In this document: positions 53,526 through 64,000 of the stretch, one piece after another
Numbering within the stretch: the first letter of the stretch is position 1
Layout: the number at the start of each line of letters is the position of its first letter
Made by a program: the position numbers and the translations under genes
Notes under the pieces: generated by a model
Database searches by the model: none
What the model was told of the DNA's origin: nothing
Seen by the model: only the letters and a program-made list of their open reading frames with translations
Origin: Geosiphon pyriformis uo1
Lineage: Eukaryota > Fungi > Glomeromycota
Direction of reading: 5' to 3'
DNA length: 64,000 bases
Assembly (NCBI GenBank): GCA_016748015.1
Contig: JAAOMT010000602.1
Coordinates: forward strand, 1,579,367-1,643,366

Positions 53526-53584
53526 CTGATAAATGCTAGACTTTGACTCTTTCTTTTCGCAAACTTGAGATATTTTGGCAAAAA

Positions 53585-55180
53585 ATGATTTTTTTTTGGG
53601 AAAAAAACGTACCTTTTCCAGAATCCAAAAAGGCTTTTAAGCAAATTTTGGTCGCACAAATCATAGCCATTAATCTTTTTATCCTTTTCAAAAAAATTTT
53701 GTCTCTTCCAAAACTAATAAGCCATGATTATTTGATACAAAATAAACCAAATTATAATTATTTTAATTGCTCGCAATCGATTTCATTTGCTAAAAAAAAT
53801 TTAACCGAGCATTGGCTAGTTTCAAAAGATGATAACTTCAAAAATATACATGAAAAAAAGCCTTTCACAAAAAGGAACTCTCTTGGTCCTTTGTATAAAA
53901 AAATTCTAGTTGAAGATGAAAATCTCTTGAAATTTTTTGCTAGCAAAGCAAATTTAGCCTGGACATCCCATTGTCATCTAGAGTATCTAAAGAACCGGAA
54001 AAAAGGTAAATAAATAAAATTTTTCAAAGATTAACTTTTTTTTTACATCCTAATACATTATTGGAAGATCATTCTTGAACTAGTCAAAAGCAGGGCTTCG
54101 GCTTATTTTTTAGCACATGATCAATCGAAAATTACGTTTAGTTTTTCAACGACCGAATTTCACAAGTTTTCGACTTTGGCATTCAGCACAAGCAAGCATA
54201 ATCTAGCTATTCAATTTCCTAATGTAACTGGTGCCTGGGTTGTTCAACGTTATTACCTAAAATGGAAAAAATATACCGAAATAAATTTTTTCCGCGGTTT
54301 TCAAGTGTATTTGAAAAACTTACTGATCCAGCCTGATTTTTCTGACTTTGAATTTACCGGATTTGGTGAAAGCAATTGTAAGTTTCTTCTTTCTTTTAAC
54401 AAATAAAAATAAATAAAAAACTAAACCATATTATGATTTGATTTTCATATCTAAATTGTTTTCTTTTCAAATTAGCCTATGCAATCTTTGCTGCTCTTGA
54501 ATTTTCAGAAAGATATCAACCGAAAAAGAAGCCGATTATTGTTACTTTCGGCCAGCCCAAAATAGGAAATGAAGTTTTTACTGCTTTTGCTCACTCCAAA
54601 CTTGAGGCAAATATATATTGATTTTTAGGTTAAAAAAGTTTTCAAAAATCCTGCTAAAATTTTTCAATTGAAACCGAATTTCCAGATTTTTCGCGTTACA
54701 CTTGCAGATGATTTGCTACCATTAACACCCATAAGAGGATTAAGAAAATTTTCCAAGTGGAATGACGAGGACAGTAGATTGAATACTATAACGGTGGTAG
54801 CACATGAAGAATACGCACATTTTAAACCTGAGTTTTGGATCGAAAATGGATCAAATTGTGCATGTTCGGAAAATGTCTACCCAATTGTGTACAAGTGCTT
54901 TAACACGCATTCTTTCAGGGAACATCCGGTATGAATTGGATTTTCAATTTTTCCAAAATATTGAAATTTTTATGTTCTCTTAATGATTTAAGATTTTTAG
55001 GAATGCAATCATCGTGATCATAACCTTAAAACTTTTCGAAAAATTACAATCCTTGACAATGATGATGACTTTCGTCATGGACCATATTTCGGGAAAAATT
55101 TTATGGATTGTGAAAATGCAAGTACAGATAATATTCGACACGTCATATATCAAGAAGTAATACGAGGAAGAAAAAAATAA
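53585..55180 (+). CDS. Secreted/anchored class-3 lipase-fold protein lacking the catalytic Ser (5 exons)
   Basis: N-terminal hydrophobic segment, KR site, FEFTGFGESN|SYAIFAALE, VTFGQPKIGN, RVTLADDLLPLTP, YAHFKPEFWI, final exon 55001-55180 ECN..RHGPYFGKNFMDC. Confidence 0.83.
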
Positions 55181-58100
55181 TATTTTAAAGATTCATTTAT
55201 CTAAAAAATTATTAAAGGATATCTTTTTTATCAATTTTAATATGTTTTTCTTAATAATATTTAAAAAGAAATACTATATCATCAAATTGTATTTTACAAC
55301 TGCCTAAACTAGGTTTCTAGTATTAATGAAGTTGGAATAATTGAAAAAACCATCTCATATCCTTTCCTATCCTTAATTTCACCTTAAGATGGCTTCATCA
55401 CCCTCTTATTGAAACAATCTTATCATTAAAATTACCGGCTGGTATTAAATATCTGAGTCAAAGTTGTAAATATATAAAAAAAAATTATTCATTTTCACTC
55501 TTTAAACTAAAAAAAAACTAAATCTTCAAAAAATAAAAGTTCAAAAATAAAAAACTGATTTGCAATAATTTATAATTTTGGCTATGTCGTTTCCTGTTCT
55601 GTGAAAATTTAAAAATAATTGATTTTTATATTGGATATTTAGTCAAAATTTATTTAATTAAGACTTCTTTTTAAAATTTTTATTTTAAAAAAATCTAATT
55701 TAAATTGAATTATTATTATTATTATAGTGAGCTGGTTTAAATGCCCATTTGAGCATAAAATTAGTATAATCTTTAAGTAATTATGAACTCAACATAGCTT
55801 TTTTTTAATATAATAGTCATTCTTTTAATAGAATTTCTCAATAAACACACTGACTTTTTGAAAGTTTTATTTCTAAATGACTCATTGCTCCATTAAAAAT
55901 AAATTGATTTTTTCCACAGCTTTTTATGTAATCTAGTTGTGATTACTTTTAATAGAAACAATGACATTTTGCAATATTAAGATGTGCTGATAATTTTTCG
56001 AAGTGAATATTAAAGAAATATCATTTATATTCTACTTTTATGCCTTCTATAGTGCCAAACTTAATATTTATTTTATTGCTTGTATCTGAATATTTAATGG
56101 AGGCAATTTTAAAGACTGATTTGCAGATAGATAAATATGCTAATTTTAACATAGAATAATTTATATTTTAAATTTTAAAGTTTTCGAAAACAAAAAATTT
56201 AAAAGATTGAAAAATTGGAGAGAACAAAAAACCAATTCTAAAAATTATTTTCAAGCCAAAAATAAATTGTAAGGTTTAAGAACTAGATTACAACTAAAAA
56301 ATTATGTGCAAAAAGTTTACAAACTGTAGAAATATCCTCAAAAGTAAGCAATGCTAAGAATTTAAATATTAAACACAAGCTACAGCAAAACATTGTTTGT
56401 AACAACGTGGAAGTGGTACTAGTTTTACAACCATGCATGTCTTTTGTATGTTCAAATAATAAGCTTTCATGTCTGGACTACATTTAAAAAAACCCGGGAC
56501 AGAAGGATGACAAGGACCGGTCTGCTGCATGCAGGGAGTTGCAGGTAAATAAGAAAATTTCTTATAGTATAGACAAACTTAAATTATCACTAAGAGTTAA
56601 GCTAGTTAAAGAAAGGAGTGAGAGGTTCAAAATTTATTTTCAATGATTAAATAAAAATAACTGAATTTAGATATATGATTTCGGGATAAATAAATAATAT
56701 GAAATTACCTAAAAGACGTCAACCAGTTTATTCATTAATCTATTTATTTTTATTTCCATCCTTTCATTGAGAGAAACTAGACAATTTTAATATACTCACT
56801 TTGGCGAATGCTGGAGCAAGTAGCATTTTCATAGTTCAATGCGCAGTCAATGACCTTACTCATTTGACATCGCTTGTGTTCAAATTTCGATCTTCCATTG
56901 ATAACTTCTGTTATAATCCAAAAAAATTCGCAATTCTAACCTAGCAAGCATTCAAAAAGTTAGAAACCTTTAAATTATATGTGGTAATTAATATCAGATA
57001 AAAATTGAGAAATCTCATATCATAAAAACCAATTGAAATTTATGTGTTACTATAGAAGACTACTAACGGAGATTATACATCAAATAATTGTATTTCAAGG
57101 TGTATGATTTAATATTTTTATGGTTATGACCATATAAAATACGAAAAATAATTTCAATACTTAACATTTAAAGTCGACTTTTTATAAATAAAAAGATATC
57201 AATTGATAAATAAACATGTAACAGTCTTAATTTTTTGTATTTTAAAGTTTACTTTACTATTTTTACAAATTAACTTTTAAACCTTCATGAAATTTTCAGT
57301 TAAATTTAACAATCTTAAAAAATTGTGAAAAATGCTTAATGCTACATCATGTTTGGAACTTTATGCAAAAAATAAATCGTCAATTTAGAATAAATAATTG
57401 AAAAAATAGTTTTCGAAATATTAAATGGAAATTGAATTTTCATAATTTTTTTAATTTACCACATAATTTAAAGCTTTAATAAATTAAATATTTAATGAAT
57501 AATTATGAAATAAATCTAAAATTTCAGATTTGAAATTGGATTATTTAACAATTAATAAACATTAAATGCAATGTTTTATTATAAATAGTCATATGCCTTA
57601 AAAATTATAATGCTCACATTAAAAAATATTTTATAACAGCTCAAAAATATTTTTATTTAAATAAGTTATTTTTAAAACAAATCTCCCAGCAAATTCTTTT
57701 AAATTTGGCTTAATTATCATTGCTTTTAATTTAAATTTTTTTGTTCTGAAAAAGAAATAAGCTGCAAAAAAGACTATAATAATTTATAATATTGAAGTGA
57801 GAATTCCAACACAAAGGCATTTCATTTTTGCTAATAATATATTTTTCAGATAATAAATCACAAGAGTATTTTTATTCTGTAAATTTTTTAATATCAAAAA
57901 AATTCTTGTAAAAAAACATTCTTATTATGTGTTCAATAAAATTTAAAATTAATCTTTTAAGAAGCTGCTATGTTTGACACAAGTATTTTACATTACAATT
58001 TGATTTTAAGCTATATGCAATACTAAAAACTAGAATTTGGCTTTAAATGAGGCATCTAACTGATTGAATTTGCCAATTGAATATTATTGATTTGATCTTT

Positions 58101-58565
58101 GATAATCGAAATGATCTATAAGGTCTCCTTTAAATTTAAATTCTCAATTAAGGTAGTAAATTACTCATCATGACAAATATAGAGCATTGGAATAAAAGTT
58201 ATAAAGTGAAAAATATCTTTATCCTAGGTTAAAGCAAATAGTTCTCTTCGATTGCTCTCAAATATTTAGTTTTTTTATTTTTAAAAAGAACTTTTGATTC
58301 TATCAATCTCGAATTTCCATAATTAAGGCAAAAACCTTTTCATAAAAACAATTAAATTAATACTATTCAATTTAAAATAATCGTGACTTGGTTGATCAAT
58401 ACAATCACCACAAAAAGGCGGAATGACTTTTGTGTTTATTACCATTTTGGGCATCCTATATATAATTAAAATATATTTAAACACTTGACTTACTCTAATT
58501 TTAAGCAATATTTTCGAAAATTCTATAATCCTAGTATTTACTATCTTAACTTTTCAGACATAGCA

Positions 58566-59020
58566 ATGAATCCGCAAGTCCATAGTAATTATCACAACGA
58601 TTCATTAAACGAATCTTCCCAATTATAACGGCTCCGATGATGCAAACTTCACTTCCTTATTCAACCGCCCTCAATACCACCTGCCGGCATATCCAGAATT
58701 AGGAATTTATCCAAACCAGAAACGCAATTTACAAGATTTAAACCAACCACCTTCTAATTCAGATAATATTCAATCAATTTCAGGTTTAGGAATTATGAAT
58801 AATCCCCCACAAACATTACAACAAATGATTCTCACATCTCTAATGCTAACCAAATCCTAGATTTCCAACCAAACCTTAACCCGGTTTTATTTGAGCGCTC
58901 ATTAATTTTATGGGAAGATATTTTAAATATGGAGCAAGATATTATTTATGAAAAGCGTAATATTTTGATTAAACAACGAGATATTTTTAAGAAAAAGCAA
59001 GAATTAGCCCAACTGAGGTA
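58566..59020 (+). pseudogene. Frameshifted N/Q/P-rich protein with C-terminal coiled coil
   Basis: Three consecutive open segments (MNPQVHSNYH.. / ..FNRPQYHLPAYPELGIYP.. / ..LFERSLILWEDILNMEQDIIYEKRNILIKQRDIFKKKQELAQLR*) separated by two apparent frameshifts. Confidence 0.4.
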
Positions 59021-60091
59021 ATTTATCAAGCTAATTATAATGCTTGTTAAAATAGCCATAATTCTTTTTTTAAATTTTTTTTTTTTGTTTAACAATTAGC
59101 ATATCATTTTAAATTAAAAGAATAAAAAGCATTTGATTTATAAATATCTTATTGGTCAAAAGAACTTTTTTTAATTATTCACTTGAGGAAAAAATCTGAT
59201 TGTTTCATTCATTTAAGAAATAAGAATCTACTAATTAACACTTGGAAATGCTATTTATCTAAATATCCTTTATTGTCATATGAATTATACTTTTTAGCTT
59301 TATAGTTTTAAAAGGTTTTATTTATATACTCATGAACCTTTGTAAAATTATTTATTGTCATTTCACACCTGTTTTTTACTTAAAAAAATCTAAATAACTA
59401 TATCACAATCAAGTGAAATGATAAAAAAATAATTCTAACGAAATAAATTTAACGGATGTAGACATATTTTTAAAGTGAGAGGCTCTGCCTATCCTCATTT
59501 GAGACGTTTAAATAACGACAAAAAGTCTTCAGACTGTAAATAATGTGACCAGAATGAACAATACATTGATAATCTTGAAGCTCGTCTCGATAATTTAGAC
59601 AATGTAGTTCAAACTTAGTAAAGATTGAGGATTTTGATTGCCTTAGAAATAAATAAAAAAAGGTTGCCATTTCCAATTAGAATCTTGAATTTGTCAAAGA
59701 GAGTAGGTTTCATCTCTTTTTATTCTGTTAAATAATAACTTGAAAATATAAAAAGCTCTTTTGTTTTGCATACTGATTTTATAACTTTTTCATTTTATAA
59801 AATAATTTAATGATTTATTAGAAATTTATAAGATTTTTATAAAATTAAATTTTTCAATAATTAAAATGATATTTGCAAGCTTTAAAACCCAAAAAAGTAA
59901 ATTTAATTATTATTATCTTTTTAGCATTAAAATTGGTACTGTTTCAATATAAAAAAATTATTTTAAAATTTCTTTGTTGATATATTCAAAAATGTGGAAT
60001 CAATTAAACAAATTGATATTTATCTGACTAATACTATATCGCAAGTTTTGGGGTTCATCAACTATTTAACAAAAAAAAAGCAAGATGACTG

Positions 60092-60647
60092 CTAGAATTC
60101 TTCCATCACTTGAAAGTCGACCAAACCATTCCCATGATCATATCCACCTTCTGCCTTAGTAAACTTGACTTGACCCGTACCAAACCCACTATATTCACCA
60201 CTCGCCGTAATTTCCCCAGCTTTTAAAACAGCATAGTTTTGCTGAGCATTAAGCTTAAAACTGCCCTTCTTCCCTTTGAAAGTTATATGGACATCTGGAC
60301 CTTTGGGATTTAAACCTCCATCACTTTGTTTAAACACCAATCTTGCCACATTTCCATTGCCATTGGATGATTGGACAACGCCACCTGCATCAGGAATGGC
60401 TACTGCTCTCCCTGCTGATGTTTGCGCATCTTGAAATCTTATCGTTCTTGATCCAAAGTTTGTAACTGTAACAACAAGATATTTGGCTTCCGAATATGAA
60501 GACTCGCCTTTTAAAACTGCATCTTTATTATCAGAATTATCAGAATTATAAGAATTATTCCTAGATATAATTAAAATTCGCTCGGTGGAGTAAAAGATAA
60601 AAAACTTTACCAGCATTATATTCGCTATCAGATTGATTACCAGACAT
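60092..60647 (-). CDS. Small beta-rich protein, aegerolysin/actinoporin-like candidate (~153 aa)
   Basis: ATG 60647, exon 1 to 60611 (MSGNQSDSEYNA), in-frame CAG acceptor giving exon 2 60516-60092. TATAAAA lies ~30 nt upstream. Alternating beta pattern YLVVTVTNFGSRTIRF..SAGR, Gly-rich, no signal peptide. Family call is inference. Confidence 0.7.
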
Positions 60648-60754
60648 GATTAAAATTAATTGGGTGCAGATAAAAAAGGGAATATGATGTCTCTTTTATA
60701 TCTGAATAAAAATTCGCACACGACGCAAACAATCGTTCCATCTAGAACTGTTGG

Positions 60755-61315
60755 CCTACTCGCTTCTTGGTAAGGAAACTATTTAGATAATTATCGAACA
60801 AAGAATAAACTGCGGAATGAATTATCTTAGATTCGATTAGGTGCGAAAAACCTATTATAGCTGTTTTGGTAATCAATCCTGTAAAGCAGTGTCTGATAAT
60901 CAACCTACTCGCTTCTTGGTAAGGAAACTCATTCAACAATGAATAAACTGCGGAATGAATTATCTTACATTCGATTAGGTGCGAAAAACCTATTATAGCT
61001 GTTTTGGTAATCAATCCTGAAAAGCAGTGTCTGATATTCAACCTACTCGCTTCTTGGTAAGGAAACTCATTCAACAATGAATAAACTGCGGAATGAATTA
61101 TCTTACATTCGATTAGGTGCGAAAAACCTATTATAGCTGTTTTGGTAATCAATCCTGAAAAGCAGTGTCTGATATTCAACCTACTCGCTTCTTGGTAAGG
61201 AAACTCATTCAACAATGAATAAACTGCGGAATGAATTATCTTACATTCGATTAGGTGCGAAAAACCTATTATAGCTGTTTTGGTAATCAATCCTGAAAAG
61301 CAGTGTTTAATAATC
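60755..61315. repeat. 138-bp tandem repeat, ~4 near-identical copies
   Basis: cctactcgcttcttggtaaggaaact recurs at 60755, 60904, 61042 and 61180 (periods 149, 138, 138). Confidence 0.95.
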
Positions 61316-61467
61316 AGGGAGCCTACACGACTCTGTAAAGATTCTCTTTTTGTTAAGTATATCCGATATTTTTAATATGTATTAACTAATTTGCTGTTAT
61401 TGAGTCTCCATAAATGAAAAATCTTGTCAAATCAGTGTTATTCCCAACTTTTTCTGATAAAATGGGC

Positions 61468-62433
61468 GAATTTTTGTTTTTATGCTTAAATAGTTTTTTA
61501 ATTATGATTAAATTGGCGTAAATGTTGTTCTACGCACACATTCTTTTTTTCGTTGAGTGAACCATTTTATTCAGATTGAAAGTTGTAAACTTAATTTTAA
61601 GTTGTTTTTGGTGTTTGATTTTGTCTTAATACTTTCAGCATATTTCAACCAGAAGACCAACCATAGAATCAAAATTGTTCATGAATGTATAATTTTTGGC
61701 CAAAGCTTCTTTCACTAGTCGTATAAGGTGAATTTCCCGTGATTAATAATCGATGTAAAATATGGGTGATATCGATTGTAAATCCAACGGCCAAAACTAT
61801 ACAGTTAGTTATGAATTATATAAAATTAGCAAATTGCAATAACAAATGAAAAAAAATTATTTTTGTTGTTATTCAAATCATTTGCTAAATTTACTAAATC
61901 AACCATATTAAATGCAGAAAAACACTCGATATAATATTTTTTGGCCATTAGTACAGGGGTTTTTGGTTTTTAATATTAAAATTTAAAAAGCTTATATTGC
62001 AATTCCAATTTATTTATTTTTATTAATGCGTTAACCAAAGTGTGATCCAACAAAAATGATACATGGTAGAAGTAACTTATGTATTGACTACATGTGACAG
62101 GCCACCTTAAAAATAGAACTTGAAACAAAGCCATCCTAACTCCACACATGAAAATTACATTATCAAAATCTCTATCAAGCACTAATGCCAATCTTAGAAA
62201 AGCCATGTCATTCCTTATCATCGCACCCATCTTTTCTGAATCTGCTCTAAGAATCCATATTCTATTATAATGTCTAAAAACAAAACCCCTAACCAGGTTG
62301 GCGATTTTCAACCTTGCCAATTTACCAATCAATCTGAATTAAATGGTTCGCTCAACGAAAAAAAGAATGTTTGCGTAGAACAACATTTACGCCTATAATT
62401 AAAACAACTATTTAAGCATAAAAACAAAAATTC
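61468..62433. mobile_element. ~105-bp inverted repeats enclosing ~750 bp (non-autonomous TIR/foldback-like element)
   Basis: 61468-61579 (gaatttttgtttttatgcttaaatagtt..ggcgtaaatgttgttctacgca..cgttgag.gaaccattt..attcagattga) is the reverse complement of 62329-62433. No TSD identified. Confidence 0.75.
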
Positions 62434-62679
62434 ATTTAAAAACTTTATTATTAATATAAAAATTGGTTTTAAGAGCTGTTTAGTAACAATAAATAAAATA
62501 ATTTCTTTTGTAATGTAAGTAGTAATTGTTAATAATATGAAATATTGCTTTTATCAAAAGTATTGTAATAATTCTTTTGGTTTTGTTTTTAAGAAAAATT
62601 TATTAATTTTTTACACTTCTAAAATTTTTGATATGACAATTTTTAGATGTCTTTTTGCACAACAAATTCTCGCACTTTT

Positions 62680-63540
62680 TTATAAAAATGGATAGGGAGC
62701 GATAAAAATTTTAGAAAAAGCATTTGAACTCTATTCAAAAGTTGCAGAGGCGGGAGATTTAGTTTCACAATACTGTCTTGAGCTTTATTTTTATAGCGGA
62801 TCAGGAACAATAAAACATCTTGAAAAAGTGGAAAATCCAAGTCCACAAAACAATCTTGGAACGCGTCGTCGAAATGAATGGGGAACTATGAAAAATCCGG
62901 AAAAAACATTTGAACTTTATTCAAAAACAGCAGAACGAGAAAATACAACTGCACTATATACTCTTGGATGGTGCTATCAAAATGGAAGGGGAACAGCGTA
63001 AAATCTGGAAAAAGCATTTGAACTCTATTTAATGGCAGCAGACAAATAACTTAAGCCAGTGAAGTGAACTTTCTTATTTGAATGCCCTTGACCTCAATTT
63101 TGAAGATAAAGATCAAGATGACCTGCAGCGTTTCATTTTAAAATTCTGAAATCGAGGTTTAAAATGGACTACTAATTCCAAAGGAGAATGTATAAATTTG
63201 GAAGGTTTCTTTGACCAGCTTTCAGATGAATTCAAATGTCTTAAATGTGGCAACTCGGGTATAATCATTAGTAGATCTCCCGACAAAAGTGATAATATCT
63301 TTGAAGCCGGCTTGCCGGTATGTCCATTTTGTGATGATATCTTTTGCCCACTCAAAATGTCCAGAATGCTATCACAGATTAAAAGATTCACTTTGGTGTG
63401 GGTCTTGTGAGAAAAGACTTTTTTCCGAAGAGATAAAAGGTGCCCAACATGATGTGACAAGAAATGAAAGTCAAATAATCTCAATCTCAAACTCTACATT
63501 TTCAATGAATGGTAAGACTTTCATTTATCCTATTTAATGG
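62680..63540 (+). pseudogene. Sel1-repeat protein pseudogene followed by a Cys-pair region
   Basis: Repeats LEKAFELYSKVAEAGD..SQYCL and ALYTLGWCYQNGRGTA*NLEKAFELYLMAAD with in-frame stops, then CLKCG..CPFCD..CPEC as in Glomeromycotina Sel1/kinase genes. Confidence 0.8.
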
Positions 63541-64000
63541 CTGAGAATTTTTGATTTAAGCGTCATTTTTCTAGATTTGGATTGTGCTATTAGCATCAGT
63601 AATTCGAATAAAAACAGACTTGACCAAATCAGTAAGCACTTTCAATTCATTTCAATAATGTGATTAATTGTTTTTATTTATATTTAACTATAAAATGGTT
63701 TGAAACAGATGAATAATTTGAAGGAAGAATTGGTTGTTTATAAAAAATTATCATATATAGTTTTATATTATTTTTTTAGTAAGGGATTTAAAACGTGTTT
63801 ATTTAATTCACTAACTCCATTTTTAAGTATGAGAGCTAATATTAACTGTAAACAGTTTTCCTATCAATGATATTTCAAAACAAATGGTCAATTTTTATAG
63901 TTGGTAGATTATTGATGAAAATTTTTTTCTAATCTGAAGATTATAATTGCTTTTTTTTGAATAATTACTTAAATATCCATAAAAAGAAGAATTTATTTGA

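Noticed and set aside
60742-61290. 182-aa repeat protein or CRISPR-like array
   Set aside because: Head-to-tail 138-bp units with no unique spacers, no ATG start and a eukaryotic context.

Overview
Very AT-rich, intron-containing fungal DNA. The gene families (BTB-BACK-TLDc expansion, Sel1 repeats, secreted class-3 lipase-like proteins, decayed Gypsy/LINE relics) point to Glomeromycotina, possibly a Geosiphon/Archaeosporales-like lineage; this assignment is inference. The window has five BTB-BACK-TLDc paralogues (two intact, one with a single frameshift, one dead pseudogene, one fragment), a DHA2-type MFS transporter and a 7-exon membrane protein. It also has three non-canonical H2A loci, two head-to-head secreted lipase-fold genes lacking the catalytic Ser, an aegerolysin-like gene under a recent 138-bp tandem repeat, and a Sel1 pseudogene. 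Mobile DNA comprises a complete-ended Tc1 (DD34E) element, older Tc1 relics and long transition-hypermutated TE graveyards. The best novelty candidate is a 4-exon in-frame model at 39738-40977 fusing an acidic/basic coiled-coil domain to an H2A fold that lacks part of its docking domain. An exact Tn5/Nextera mosaic end at 15004-15022 flags a probable assembly artefact. All gene models were spliced by eye; no database searches were run.
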